Source: an uncultured Oscillospiraceae bacterium
Lineage (GTDB): Bacteria; Bacillota; Clostridia; Oscillospirales; Oscillospiraceae
Length of the DNA stretch: 64,000 nucleotides
Direction of reading: 5' to 3'
Assembly (NCBI GenBank): GCA_964345235.1
Contig: CAYFQE010000004.1
Coordinates: forward strand, 4,366 to 68,365
In this document: positions 16,450-26,636 of the stretch, piece after piece
Layout: each line of letters starts with the position of its first letter
How positions within the stretch are numbered: the first letter of the stretch is position 1
The notes under the pieces: generated by a model
What the model saw: only the letters and a program-made list of their open reading frames with translations
Database searches by the model: none
Told to the model about the DNA's origin: nothing
Made by a program: the position numbers and the translations under genes

Positions 16450-17121
16450 TCAAATTATCCCTGATGCCGCCATTGAATAGTGTTCTTCTCCGGCTATTAT
16501 AATATGGTCGCTGAGCTCAAGGCCCAAAAGTTCCAAAGCTTCTTTAAGTTTTATGGTAATCTGCTCATCCTCGAACGAAGGCTGCGCCGATCCGCCGGGG
16601 TGGTTGTGCGCAATTATAACCGAACTCGATGAGAAGCGCAGGCTCTCCTCTATGGTTCTTCTAACATTAATTTCGGTCTGATTGGAAATTCCCTCGGAAA
16701 TAAGTCTGGTGGCCAAGAGTTTTTTCTCGGAGTCTAAACAGAGGATATAGACCTCCTCTCGCTTTTTGAGCATGAAAAGGGGCTTAATCTGCTCTAAGGC
16801 ATCCTCGAGCTTTAAAATTTTCTTTTTCTTTTTTCTGCTCCCGCTGTAGAGTCTTTTGCCGAGTTCTCCCATAAGGCTTAAAAAGAGCGCGCTCTCACTG
16901 CCCACGCCCTTTATTTGAGTGAGCAGCTCGGGTTCGGAAGTTAAAACCCCCTCAAGAGTTTCAAATCTTGCTATGAGCTCTTTAGCCTGTCTTTTGGTGT
17001 CTTTTCTCGGCTGAACATAGAAGAGGAGAAGCTCTAAAACTTCCTCGTCTCTGAAACTTTTTAGCCCTTCTTTTGAAAATCGTTCTTTAAGGCGCTGTCT
17101 GTGTCCCAGGTTTTCTTCCAT
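16450..17121 (-). CDS. radC: RadC-family JAB-domain protein (UPF0758)
   Basis: N-terminal HhH region GHRQRLKERF and C-terminal JAMM motif VIIAHNHPGGSAQPSFEDEQIT. Confidence 0.85.
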   Translation of the reverse strand: MEENLGHRQRLKERFSKEGLKSFRDEEVLELLLFYVQPRKDTKRQAKELIARFETLEGVLTSEPELLTQIKGVGSESALFLSLMGELGKRLYSGSRKKKKKILKLEDALEQIKPLFMLKKREEVYILCLDSEKKLLATRLISEGISNQTEINVRRTIEESLRFSSSSVIIAHNHPGGSAQPSFEDEQITIKLKEALELLGLELSDHIIIAGEEHYSMAASGII

Positions 17122-17122
17122 G

Positions 17123-18124
17123 TTAAAGCTCCATTGAAGCGTAGCCGTTTAAATCGAGCTCCGCCGTATTTCCCGCAATAAATTCAAAATATCCCTGCGC
17201 CGCTATCATGGCGGCATTGTCTCCGCAGAGGCTGAGAGGCGGCATAAAAAGCTCGAACCCTCTCTCTTCAGCGGCTTTCTTAAAGTCCGCCCTTATTCTG
17301 GAGTTGGCCGCAACGCCGCCGGCGAGGCAGAGCTTTTTATATCCGCTCTGCTCCAATGCCAAAAGACTGCGGCCGAGGAGACTCTCGCTCACGGTTTTTG
17401 AAAAACACGCCGCAAGCGCACTTCCGTCTATCTCTTCTCCCTTTTGCTCTGCGTTGTGTATTAAATTTATGCTCGCAGTTTTAAGCCCCGAGAAGCTCAT
17501 ATCCAAGGGGTTCCCCTCGACATGTCCCTGCGGCAGTTTGTATTTGTTTTCGTCTCCGCCTTGGCTGAGCTCGTCGATGTATTTCCCGCCGGGATAGGGA
17601 AGCCCCATAACTCTGGCGACTTTATCGAAACACTCTCCCGCCGCATCGTCACAGCTTGCGCCGAGAGTTTTTATTTCGCTGTAGTTTTTTACATCCAAGA
17701 TAAGGCTGTTGCCTCCCGAAACCGAAAGGCAGATAAAAGGAGGCTCGAGCTCGGGAAAGGCCAAGTAATTTGCGGCGACATGCCCCTTTATGTGGTGCAC
17801 GGGCACTATGGGCTTATCGGCGGCATAGGCCAAACCCTTAGCAAAGCTTATGCCCACCAGAAGAGCGCCTATAAGCCCCGGAGCATAGCTCACCGCAACG
17901 GCATCTATATCCTCTAGCAATATTCCGGCCTCCTCAAGCGCCTTTGAGCAGAGCCCCGAGATGGTCTCGACATGACAGCGAGAAGCAATCTCGGGCACAA
18001 CGCCGCCGTAGATTGCGTGCTTATCTATCTGCGAGTACACCAGCGAAGACAGTATCTCTCTTCCGTTTTTTACTACCGCAACGGCTGTTTCGTCACAACT
18101 CGATTCTATTCCCAATATCTTCAT
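17123..18124 (-). CDS. tsaD: tRNA N6-adenosine threonylcarbamoyltransferase TsaD
   Basis: MKILGIESSCDETAVAVV, metal site VPVHHIKGHV, and GGVAANSRIR. Its start overlaps the rimI stop (ATGA). Confidence 0.95.
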   Translation of the reverse strand: MKILGIESSCDETAVAVVKNGREILSSLVYSQIDKHAIYGGVVPEIASRCHVETISGLCSKALEEAGILLEDIDAVAVSYAPGLIGALLVGISFAKGLAYAADKPIVPVHHIKGHVAANYLAFPELEPPFICLSVSGGNSLILDVKNYSEIKTLGASCDDAAGECFDKVARVMGLPYPGGKYIDELSQGGDENKYKLPQGHVEGNPLDMSFSGLKTASINLIHNAEQKGEEIDGSALAACFSKTVSESLLGRSLLALEQSGYKKLCLAGGVAANSRIRADFKKAAEERGFELFMPPLSLCGDNAAMIAAQGYFEFIAGNTAELDLNGYASMEL

Positions 18125-18570
18125 TCGTTTACCTCGTATTGCATGATGAGCGCATCCTCTTTAGGATTTTTGTAATATCCTTTCCGCTTTCCCAAAAGCT
18201 CAAAACCTTCTCCCTCATAGAGAGTTTTGGCGGGAAGATTGCTCTCTCTGACTTCCAAGCTCAAGAAAGAGAGTTTTTTTGTTTTTGCAAAGTCCTTGGC
18301 GGCTCTTATGAGCGACTTGGCTATGCCTAGGCGGCGAAAGACCTTTTTTACCGCCACATTCAAAACGGAGCCCTCGTCCAAGACAAAGCTTAAAGAGATG
18401 TAGCCGGCAGGCTCGTTATTTAAAAAAGCCAGAAAAAAAGCGGCGTTTTCGGAACTTAAATAAGATTCCGTAATTTCTTTAGGCCAAGGATTTGCGGAAG
18501 CCTCCGCCTCGATTTTTTCTATATCGCCCAAGGCGCTTAAATCCGCCTTGACTATTTTGAGCGCATTCAT
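18121..18570 (-). CDS. rimI: Ribosomal-protein-alanine N-acetyltransferase RimI (GNAT)
   Basis: GNAT motif A: VAVKKVFRRLGIAKSLIRAA. Start trimmed to MNALKIV (ATG 18570), 1 nt after the polA stop. Confidence 0.8.
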   Translation of the reverse strand: MNALKIVKADLSALGDIEKIEAEASANPWPKEITESYLSSENAAFFLAFLNNEPAGYISLSFVLDEGSVLNVAVKKVFRRLGIAKSLIRAAKDFAKTKKLSFLSLEVRESNLPAKTLYEGEGFELLGKRKGYYKNPKEDALIMQYEVNE

Positions 18571-18571
18571 C

Positions 18572-21136
18572 TCAGTGCGCCTCAGCCCAGTTTTGACCAA
18601 TCTTTATATCCACCGTGAGAGGAAGCGAAAGCTCGGCGGCGCCCTCCATCTCATCTTTTAGTATTTTAGCCGCCTTTTCGGCTTCTTCGTTCGGGCACTC
18701 GATAACAAGCTCGTCGTGTACTTGAAGTATGAGCCTTGCCTTGAGACCCTCACGCCTCATGCGTCTATCGGCCCTAACCATTGCAAGCTTTATTATATCC
18801 GCCGCGGCGCCTTGTATCGGCATATTCATGGCGACTCTTTCGCCGAAACTTCTTTGATTATAGTTTTTGGATTTAAGCTCGGGAATCGGCCTGCGCCTGC
18901 CGAAGATTGTTTCGGCGTATCCGAGCTTGCGTGCAAGACTCTTGCTCTCCTCGAGATATTCTTTTACACCGCCGTACTTTTCCATATAGGAATTTATGTA
19001 GTCTCCCGCTTCCTTAACGCTCTTTTTTATATCGCCAGCAAGCGAGAAAGCGGAGATGCCGTAGACTATGCCGAAGTTCACGGCCTTTGCCGAGCTGCGC
19101 TCTTCCGCTGTGACCTCTTCGGGCTCTTTTCCGAGCACAACAGCCGCCGTTGTGCGGTGTATGTCCGCTCCGGCCTTAAATGCCTCTATCATGGTTTTGT
19201 CTTCCGAAACATGCGCAAGTATTCTAAGTTCTATCTGGCTGTAGTCGGCATCGATAAGACAGCAGTTTTCGGCCGCTATAAACATCTTCCTCAAAGCAGA
19301 GCCAAGCTCTTTTCTAATGGGTATGTTTTGCAGGTTGGGCTCTGTACTCGAGAGTCTTCCCGTGGCCGTCACGGTCATTTTGAAGTTTGTGTGTATTCTG
19401 CCGTCGGAGGCTATGAGGGGCAAAAGCCCGTCGGTATAGGTGCTCTTTAGTTTGCTTAGCTCTCTGTACTCCAAAATAAGCGGCACAACGGGGTGTAGGC
19501 GCTCAATCTTCTCTAAAGCCTCGGCATCGGTGCTGAAGCCTGTTTTTGTTTTCTTAAAGGCGGGAAGTCCAAGCTTTTTATAAAGGAGTTCGGAGAGCTG
19601 TTTGGGGGAATTTATATTGATCTCCATGCCGCCGAGAGCATAGATATCTCTCTCGAGCTCGAATATCCTCTCGCCCAGTTCTTCGCCAAAGGCTGTGAGC
19701 GCCTCTTTATCGATTAAAAAGCCGCGCTTTTCCATATCGGCCAAAACGCCTGCCAAGGGAAGCTCAATCTCATAGTAGAGCTTTTCCATCTTGCTTTCTT
19801 TGAGCTTTTCGCTCTGTATCTCGAAAAGCTCTTCAAGCTGTGCGAGCTTATCGCTTGAACTTAGAGAATATATGTTTTTAAGGCTCTCGCTCGAATAATC
19901 TCTTATTGTGGAATCGAGAAGATAGGCGGCAAGCGCCGTATCGAATATAAATCCCTCGGGCTCGATTCCTTCCTCTAAAGCAAGGCGCATCGTGTCTTTT
20001 ATGTTCTCGGAGATTTTTTTGACATCCGGGCTCATGAGAGTTTCTATAAAATCATGATATTCATCCTCGGAAAAGCTCTCTCTTTTTACTGTGAGTTTTT
20101 CCTTGCCGTCGGATAGGTAAATTTCGTCAAGGCCGTCTTTGAACCAGACCGTGAAGTTTTGCTCTTTTTTTAGAAAATCTTTAATTTCATTGAGGCTTAC
20201 AAGGCTTTTTTCTTCCAAATTCGTCGAAAACTCCCTGAAAAACGGCGGCGTGTCGTCTTGCTCTTTAGGCTCTTTTATATCCCAGTTTCTTATAAAGCTT
20301 CTAAGCCCCAAGTTCATAAGCACGCTGTATAGCTCGGGCGCATAGACCCCGTCGAAGACGGCGTCTTCGAACTTGAAATCTATCGGGGCATCTTTGTCAA
20401 TCGCAGCAAGCTCATAGGAGAGCCTTGCCATATCTTCACCCTCACGGAGCTTGTTTTTTACGCTCTCTTTTATATCCAGAGAATCGAGCTCAGAGTATAT
20501 TTTTTCTATACTTTTGTATTCCCTGATAAGAGCCGAGGCTGTCTTTTCTCCCACGCCTCTGACACCGGGGATGTTATCGGAGCTGTCGCCCATGAGGGCC
20601 TTTAAGTCCACCATGTGCTCCGGCTCGAAGCCGTATTCTTCTTCGAATCTCTCTACATCGTAGTATTCGCCCGTGCCTGCCCTGCCGCCTGTGAAGAAAA
20701 CGGCGCCCTTGGGATTTATGAGCTGGAAGAGATCTCTGTCGCCGCTTACAAGCAGGCAGGCATCTTCACAGTTTTTGCAAATTTCGGAGACCGTGCCCAA
20801 TATATCGTCGGCCTCGAAACCCTCTCTTTCGATAACGGGCACTCTCATGGCAGAGAGCACCTCTTTTAGCATGGGAAGCTGAACTGCCAACTCATCGGGC
20901 ATTGGCTTGCGCCCGGCCTTGTATTCCTCGAACATCTCGTGTCGGAAGGTCTTGCCCTTTTTGTCGAAGGCCACCATGAGGTGACTGGGGTTGTAGTCCT
21001 TGATGAGCTTATTGAGTATGTTTAAAAAACCGTATACGGCGTTTGTCGGTCTTCCGTCGGGCGCCGTTAAGGGCTGACGGATTCCGTAGAAAGCCCTGTT
21101 TATAATGCTGTTTCCGTCGAATATCATGAGTTTCAT
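18572..21136 (-). CDS. polA: DNA polymerase I
   Basis: 5'-nuclease N-terminus ([33 protein letters not shown]). Pol motifs [30 protein letters not shown] and [11 protein letters not shown]. Confidence 0.97.
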   Translation of the reverse strand: MKLMIFDGNSIINRAFYGIRQPLTAPDGRPTNAVYGFLNILNKLIKDYNPSHLMVAFDKKGKTFRHEMFEEYKAGRKPMPDELAVQLPMLKEVLSAMRVPVIEREGFEADDILGTVSEICKNCEDACLLVSGDRDLFQLINPKGAVFFTGGRAGTGEYYDVERFEEEYGFEPEHMVDLKALMGDSSDNIPGVRGVGEKTASALIREYKSIEKIYSELDSLDIKESVKNKLREGEDMARLSYELAAIDKDAPIDFKFEDAVFDGVYAPELYSVLMNLGLRSFIRNWDIKEPKEQDDTPPFFREFSTNLEEKSLVSLNEIKDFLKKEQNFTVWFKDGLDEIYLSDGKEKLTVKRESFSEDEYHDFIETLMSPDVKKISENIKDTMRLALEEGIEPEGFIFDTALAAYLLDSTIRDYSSESLKNIYSLSSSDKLAQLEELFEIQSEKLKESKMEKLYYEIELPLAGVLADMEKRGFLIDKEALTAFGEELGERIFELERDIYALGGMEININSPKQLSELLYKKLGLPAFKKTKTGFSTDAEALEKIERLHPVVPLILEYRELSKLKSTYTDGLLPLIASDGRIHTNFKMTVTATGRLSSTEPNLQNIPIRKELGSALRKMFIAAENCCLIDADYSQIELRILAHVSEDKTMIEAFKAGADIHRTTAAVVLGKEPEEVTAEERSSAKAVNFGIVYGISAFSLAGDIKKSVKEAGDYINSYMEKYGGVKEYLEESKSLARKLGYAETIFGRRRPIPELKSKNYNQRSFGERVAMNMPIQGAAADIIKLAMVRADRRMRREGLKARLILQVHDELVIECPNEEAEKAAKILKDEMEGAAELSLPLTVDIKIGQNWAEAH

Positions 21137-23112
21137 TTTTTCTTATCTCCCAGTTTCTGCATTTCGCCCCTGAGTTTTATAATTTGGTCTCTCATCAAGG
21201 CCGCAAGCTCATATTCCAAGAGCCGTGCATATTCTTTCATGTTTCTCTCGAGGCGCTTAATTTCCTTGTCGAGCTCCTTAAATGTCATCTTAACCCCATC
21301 AGCCTTCTTGACACTCGGAGCCTTGGATATCTCCATGACTTCTCTGACACCTTTGACTATGGTTTGGGGAACTATGCCGTGTTTTTCGTTGTATTCATTT
21401 TGTATCTTGCGCCTGCGGGCTGTCTCTTCTATCGCGGCTTTCATGGCCGAGGTCTCCTTGTCGGCATACATGATAACCTCGCCGCGCACATTTCTGGCCG
21501 CCCTGCCTATTGTTTGGATAAGGCTGGTCTCGGAGCGCAAAAACCCCTCTTTGTCGGCATCTAAAATTACAATAAGCGAAACTTCGGGAAGGTCGAGTCC
21601 CTCTCGGAGCAGGTTTATACCTATGAGCGCATCGAACTCGCCCAACCTCAAATCCCTGATTATCTCCATGCGCTCTATGGCGCCTATGTCGTGGTGCATG
21701 TAGCGGCAGCGTATGCCGGCATGCGTTAGAAAATCGGCGAGGTCCTCGGCCATGCGCTTTGTTAGCGTGGTGATGAGTGTTCTGTCGCCCATCTTCACTC
21801 TCTCTTTGACCTCGTGTATGAGATCGTCTATCTGCCCCTTTGTCGGGCGCACACTTATCCGAGGGTCTAAAAGTCCTGTCGGCCTTATTATCTGTTCCGT
21901 TATCTCTCCGCTCTTTTCCTTCTCGTACTCTCCGGGGGTGGCGGAAACATAGATTATCTGATTGACTTTTTCCTCAAATTCCTCAAACTTTAAGGGTCTG
22001 TTGTCATATGCCGAGGGCAGGCGGAAGCCGTACTTAACAAGATTGTCTTTTCTCGCCCTGTCGCCCCTGTACATAGCCCTGAGCTGAGGCAGGGTAGCGT
22101 GCGACTCATCGACAAAGATTAAAAAATCGGATGGGAAATAATCTATAAGAGTCATGGGCGCCGAGCCCGGCTCTCTGCCGGATATAATTCTGCTGTAGTT
22201 TTCTATGCCCGAGCAGTAGCCGAGTTCGCGCATCATTTCGGTGTCGAAACTGACCCGCTCCCTTATTCTTTGAGCCTCTATGAGCTTTCTATTCGCTTCA
22301 AAATATTTAACCCGCTCTTCACACTCGGCCTTTATTTCCTCTATGGCCCTCTCCATTTTTTCTTTTGTGGTCACATAGTGCGAGGCGGGGTAGATGGCGA
22401 CATGCAAAAGCTCACGGCTGGCAACACCGCTTACGGGCGCAAACTCGGAGATTCTTTCTATCTCGTCTCCGAAAAACTCTATTCTTATGGCCTTATCTCT
22501 GGAATATACGGGAAAGATTTCTATTGTGTCGCCGCGGACTCTGAAACTGTTTCGCTCGAAAGCTATATCGTTTCGCTCGTATCTTATTTCGATGAGCTTT
22601 TTCATAAGCTCGTCCCTGTCCATCTCGTGTCCCTGCCTCAGTGACACCACCATTTGGGCATAGTCAATCGGATCTCCCAGACCGTAGATACATGAGACCG
22701 ATGCCACAATAATGACATCGCGCCTTTCGCCGAGCGCAGAGGTTGCGCTGTGGCGAAGGCGCTCTATTTCGTCGTTTATAGACGCGTCTTTTTCTATGTA
22801 TGTATCGCTCACGGGGATATAAGCCTCGGGCTGATAGTAGTCGTAGTAAGAGACAAAGTACTCTACCGAATTTTCGGGAAAGAGCTCTTTAAACTCGCCA
22901 TAAAGCTGGCCTGCCAGAGTTTTGTTGTGGGCGAGAACCAGCACGGGCTTATCGGCTCGGGCAATGATGTTCGCCATTGTGAAAGTCTTGCCCGAACCCG
23001 TGACACCCAGAAGGCACTGATGCTTGTCGCCGCTAAGGACTCCCTTACTGAGCTTTTCTATGGCCTCGGGCTGATCTCCCGAGGGTTTGTAATCCGAGCT
23101 CAGCTTGAACAC
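21133..23112 (-). CDS. uvrB: Excinuclease ABC subunit B
   Basis: [20 protein letters not shown], Walker [23 protein letters not shown], and a C-terminal UVR motif ([16 protein letters not shown]). I place the start at GTG 23112, sharing one base with the upstream TAG, which gives ~660 aa. TTG 23139 and ATG 23175 are alternatives. The track start at 23439 lies inside the upstream gene. Confidence 0.95.
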   Translation of the reverse strand: MFKLSSDYKPSGDQPEAIEKLSKGVLSGDKHQCLLGVTGSGKTFTMANIIARADKPVLVLAHNKTLAGQLYGEFKELFPENSVEYFVSYYDYYQPEAYIPVSDTYIEKDASINDEIERLRHSATSALGERRDVIIVASVSCIYGLGDPIDYAQMVVSLRQGHEMDRDELMKKLIEIRYERNDIAFERNSFRVRGDTIEIFPVYSRDKAIRIEFFGDEIERISEFAPVSGVASRELLHVAIYPASHYVTTKEKMERAIEEIKAECEERVKYFEANRKLIEAQRIRERVSFDTEMMRELGYCSGIENYSRIISGREPGSAPMTLIDYFPSDFLIFVDESHATLPQLRAMYRGDRARKDNLVKYGFRLPSAYDNRPLKFEEFEEKVNQIIYVSATPGEYEKEKSGEITEQIIRPTGLLDPRISVRPTKGQIDDLIHEVKERVKMGDRTLITTLTKRMAEDLADFLTHAGIRCRYMHHDIGAIERMEIIRDLRLGEFDALIGINLLREGLDLPEVSLIVILDADKEGFLRSETSLIQTIGRAARNVRGEVIMYADKETSAMKAAIEETARRRKIQNEYNEKHGIVPQTIVKGVREVMEISKAPSVKKADGVKMTFKELDKEIKRLERNMKEYARLLEYELAALMRDQIIKLRGEMQKLGDKKK

Positions 23113-24500
23113 TATACGAGTCTTCTTCCCATCCAAACGCCCATTGCGCTGGCCATGATGAGCCCTCTTGTCCATCCCGAAGAGTCGCCGAGGCAGTGGA
23201 GCCCTTTGACATTGGTGTTGAGCTCCGAGTCCATGCTGACCTTGTTGGAATAGAACTTGAGTTCGGGCGAGTAGAGCAGGGTTTCGTACGAGGCAAAGCC
23301 CGGGACGACCATGTCCATCGCCTTTATGAAATTTATAATGTTTGTCATTGATCTGTAGGGCATTGCGGCTGTGATATCGCCCGCCACCGCATCGGGCAGG
23401 GTAGGTCTTACATTGCTCTGCAAAAGTTCTTTTTCCCAAGTGCGTTTGCCATCGAGAATATCGCCGAAGCGCTGAACCAATATATGCCCGTTGGCGAGCA
23501 TGTTGGTGAGCTCTCCTATCTTTTGAGCATAGGCTATCGGCTGATTGAAGGGAATAGAGAAGTTGTGCGAGCAGAGTATTGCAAGATTTGTATTTTTACT
23601 CTTTCTCTCTTTGTAAGCGTGTCCGTTGACAACAGCAAGGTCGTTGTCGTAGTTTTCCTGCGAGACAACTCCGCCGGGGTTTTGGCAAAAGGTTCTCACC
23701 TTGTTTTTGAAGGGAGGCGGATATCCTATGAGCTTCGACTCATACAGCGCTTCATTGACTTCCTCCATAATCTCATTTCTGACCTCGACCCTCACGCCGA
23801 TATCTACAGTGGAGGGGCCGTGGTCGATGCCGTGCTCGGCGCAGAGTGTTTCGAGCCAATCGGCTCCTCTTCTGCCCGTTGCAACAACAGTGGTATCGGA
23901 GTAGATAGCTTTCTTTTTATCGCCGTCTTTTATATACACACCCTTGCAAACTTTGTCTTCGATAATCAGGTTTAGGCACTCTGTTTCGAAGAGCATCTCA
24001 ACGCCGTTATTTAGAAGATGCTTTTGTATCTCTGAGTAAACTTCATGCGCTTTTTCAGTTCCCATATGTCTTATGGGGCAGTCCACCAGCTTGAGGCCCG
24101 CCTTTATCGCTCTGGCTCTTATGCGCTTTACAGCCTCGGTGTTGCCCAACCCCTCTATATGCAGGTCGGCGCCAAACTCGATATAGATGTTGTCAGTATA
24201 TTTTATGAGCTCCTCAGCCTCGATTTCTCCCAGAAGCTTGGGGAGTTCTCCTCCCACCTCGGTTGAGAGCGAGAGCTTGCCGTCGGAAAAAGCTCCTGCA
24301 CCCGAAAAGCCCGTTGTTATATGACAGCTCGGCTTGCAGTTTACGCATCTTCCGGTTTTGGCCTTGGGGCAAGCGCGTTTTTCTATGCTCCTGCCTTTTT
24401 CTATCATAAGTATTTTTTTCTTTGAGCCCAGCTTTATCATCTCGAGCGCAGTGAATATTCCCGCAGGTCCGGCTCCGACTATTATTAAATCATACTTCAT
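23112..24500 (-). CDS. FAD-dependent oxidoreductase (COG2509-like uncharacterised dehydrogenase)
   Basis: N-terminal dinucleotide fold [21 protein letters not shown]. 462 aa. The C-terminal [13 protein letters not shown] block is typical of this family. Confidence 0.75.
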   Translation of the reverse strand: MKYDLIIVGAGPAGIFTALEMIKLGSKKKILMIEKGRSIEKRACPKAKTGRCVNCKPSCHITTGFSGAGAFSDGKLSLSTEVGGELPKLLGEIEAEELIKYTDNIYIEFGADLHIEGLGNTEAVKRIRARAIKAGLKLVDCPIRHMGTEKAHEVYSEIQKHLLNNGVEMLFETECLNLIIEDKVCKGVYIKDGDKKKAIYSDTTVVATGRRGADWLETLCAEHGIDHGPSTVDIGVRVEVRNEIMEEVNEALYESKLIGYPPPFKNKVRTFCQNPGGVVSQENYDNDLAVVNGHAYKERKSKNTNLAILCSHNFSIPFNQPIAYAQKIGELTNMLANGHILVQRFGDILDGKRTWEKELLQSNVRPTLPDAVAGDITAAMPYRSMTNIINFIKAMDMVVPGFASYETLLYSPELKFYSNKVSMDSELNTNVKGLHCLGDSSGWTRGLIMASAMGVWMGRRLV

Positions 24501-24637
24501 TTTTATTCTCCCGAATTGCTTGTTATAGCTATGTCTTAGCGAAAATTAACATACTTTTTTATTTTAGCATATCCGACATAAATTATCAAAAATTATAAGC
24601 GGCAAATTGTTGTTTTTTCACTCGCTATTAAGGACAT

Positions 24638-24673
24638 GAAAAAGATAAAAGCCGCGAACAATTCGCGGCTTTT
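24638..24673 (-). terminator. Rho-independent terminator ending the kor/YheO operon
   Basis: Stem AAAAGCCGCGAA (24647-24658) / TTCGCGGCTTTT (24662-24673). On the minus strand it is followed by AUCUUUUUC. Lies 18 nt past the stop at 24691. Confidence 0.7.
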
Positions 24674-24690
24674 ATACTTGAATTAATAAC

Positions 24691-25295
24691 TTACTTTATG
24701 CCAAGCTCGTTCAGGTAGTTATAGACCGTGTAGCGGGATACACAGAGCATTTTTGCTATGGTGGCTATGCTCTTTTGCATTTTCAGCATTCCCTGCTTAT
24801 CGAGAGTCCTTATAACTTCAAGCCTGTCCGCTTTGTTTAGAAGATTTATAGGCTTGCCTGTCGCCTTTATGGCAGAGCTTATACTCTCTTCCATAGAGAG
24901 CTCTTCCTTCGGTTCCTCGGCTAAAACGCCGACCTCAAGAAAACCGCTGACAAAATTTTCGATAAGCTTAAAATAGGTTGTGTCGCAGTTTATGCAAAAC
25001 GCTATCTTGTGGCCGAAGGCATCGAAAGTAACCGTGGAGGATTTGAGAACGCCTCTCTTGCCTTTTTTTGGTAGTTGATGTAGTAGCCATCGGCGCTCAT
25101 TGCCACACGCTCCAAATCGGGGCCCACCAGAGGGTCTCCGACTTCTCTTCCCGTGACATGGCCGTTGAATATGTAGAGTATGGCGCTATCGGGATTGTTG
25201 ACATCCGAAATTGCAACTTCGCAGAAATTTCCGAATGTAGCCGTAATTGCCGAGCCCAAATCTTTGAGCATATTTAAAAACTCTTCATATGTCAT
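24691..25295 (-). pseudogene. YheO-like regulator (PAS domain + C-terminal HTH), interrupted by a 1-nt frame change in an A7 run
   Basis: Track ORFs 25002..25295 (PAS part: EVAISDV..NGHVTGREVGDP) and 24691..24894 (HTH part: IATIAKMLCVSRYTVYNYL) are in different frames. Reading -1 from A_AAA_AAG (25068-25062) gives a continuous ...YQKKGKRGVLKSSTVTFDAFGHKIAFCINCDTTYF...EEPKEELSMEESISS... with the family LKSST and CIN-D motifs. Confidence 0.7.
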
Positions 25296-25313
25296 GGCTT
25301 TACCTCTTTAAAA

Positions 25314-25868
25314 TTATTTTCTTGCTGCGCGGCCTATCTCAAGTCCTCTGTTAAACGCCTTTTCGTTGAGCGGGTTGAACTCGGGACGCTTTTTGCCGAG
25401 CTTTTCGAAAGCTGTCTGCAAAACCGCATCGGGGGGCAAAATTTCGTTGTAGCCTATTATCGCCCCGGCCATTACAAGGTTCATAACCCTGGGGTTGCCT
25501 ATCTCTTGCGCTATATTTCCCGCATCTACATTTATTACGGTTACATCATCGCCATATTCGGGTACATTCTTGACTATGGTGCTGTTCACTATCACCGCAC
25601 CGCCGGGAGCAACAGAGTTTTTAAAGCGATCCATAGACGGTTCGTTCAGTATTACAAGCACATCGGCCTTTGCGACCTTTGCAGCCCCTATCTCATCATC
25701 GGATATTACCACATAGCAGTTGGCTGTGCCGCCGCGCTGCTCTGCGCCATAGGACGGAAAGTAGGTGACATGCTTTTCGGTTTGCTCGCTGGCGGTGTAG
25801 GCAAGAAGCTGGCCTATGACCATTACTCCCTGTCCGCCGAAACCTGCAATAATTATATTAGTTTCCAT
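25314..25868 (-). CDS. 2-oxoacid:ferredoxin oxidoreductase, gamma subunit
   Basis: 184 aa. IIIAGFGGQGVMVIGQLLA, typical of POR/KOR gamma. Confidence 0.85.
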   Translation of the reverse strand: METNIIIAGFGGQGVMVIGQLLAYTASEQTEKHVTYFPSYGAEQRGGTANCYVVISDDEIGAAKVAKADVLVILNEPSMDRFKNSVAPGGAVIVNSTIVKNVPEYGDDVTVINVDAGNIAQEIGNPRVMNLVMAGAIIGYNEILPPDAVLQTAFEKLGKKRPEFNPLNEKAFNRGLEIGRAARK

Positions 25869-25881
25869 TCTTCAAGCCTCC

Positions 25882-26625
25882 TCACTTCGCTCTGAATTCG
25901 CCCAAGGGGAATTCTTCCAACACTACATTTTTAAGATGCTCAAGTGACTTGAGAGGCGACATTCCCCAGTTTGTGGGGCAGTTCGAAACAAACTCGACAA
26001 AGCTAAAGCCCTTGCCTTCCATCTGGTATTGGAATGCCTTTTTCACGGCTTCCTTCGCCTTTACAGCATTCTTTACATCGGCGCAGGTGACTCTGGCTAT
26101 GTAGGCCGGAGCCTTGAGCGTGCTGAGAAGTTCGCACATGTGCATGGGATAACCGTGCTCCTCGGGATTTCTGCCGTAGGGAGTTGTTGACGAAGTGGCG
26201 CCCGCCAAGGTTGTGGGAGCCATCTGTCCGCCCGTCATGCCGTAGGTGCCGTTGTTTATAAAGATTACTGTGATATTCTCGCCCCTGTTGGCGGCCGACA
26301 TTGTTTCGGCCAAGCCTATTGCGGCAAGGTCGCCATCGCCCTGATAGGTGAAGATAAGCGTTTCGGGACTGCAACGCTTAAATGCGCTTGCGATTGCACA
26401 GGCCCTTCCGTGAGGCGCGGCAATTGTATCGATGTTCATATATGTCACTGCAAGAGCGCCGCATCCGACGCCTTGCACCCATGTGGAATCGTGAACCATA
26501 TCCAGTTCGTCGAGAACTTCCATTATGGTTTTGACCGTCGAGGAGTGTAGGCAGCCGGGGCAGTAACCCGTTACGGCGCCTTCAAAAATTCCGCTAGGTC
26601 TTTCGAATACAACTTTTTCACTCAT
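25882..26625 (-). CDS. 2-oxoacid:ferredoxin oxidoreductase, beta (TPP-binding) subunit
   Basis: CPGCLHS cluster ligands, TPP motif YQGDGDLAAIG...NNGTYGMTGGQ. Confidence 0.9.
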   Translation of the reverse strand: MSEKVVFERPSGIFEGAVTGYCPGCLHSSTVKTIMEVLDELDMVHDSTWVQGVGCGALAVTYMNIDTIAAPHGRACAIASAFKRCSPETLIFTYQGDGDLAAIGLAETMSAANRGENITVIFINNGTYGMTGGQMAPTTLAGATSSTTPYGRNPEEHGYPMHMCELLSTLKAPAYIARVTCADVKNAVKAKEAVKKAFQYQMEGKGFSFVEFVSNCPTNWGMSPLKSLEHLKNVVLEEFPLGEFRAK

Positions 26626-26636
26626 TTGAATACCCC

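Noticed and set aside
23113-23439. N-terminal 109-codon extension of uvrB in the ORF track. The same applies to the extensions at 7085-7192, 13293-13511, 41728-41775, 47085-47162, 54382-54651, 61660-61686 and 62385-62435.
   Set aside because: The extensions run through the upstream gene, a promoter or leader, or a terminator hairpin. Conserved N-termini with proper SD spacing start further in, so the starts were trimmed.
25000-25062. A stimulatory stem-loop or SD-like element supporting programmed -1 frameshifting at A_AAA_AAG.
   Set aside because: Only 3-4-bp pairings (GAGG/CCTC, GCC-TTCG-GGC) lie downstream, and there is no upstream AGGGAG-like element. The recoding hypothesis is therefore reported as only one of three options.
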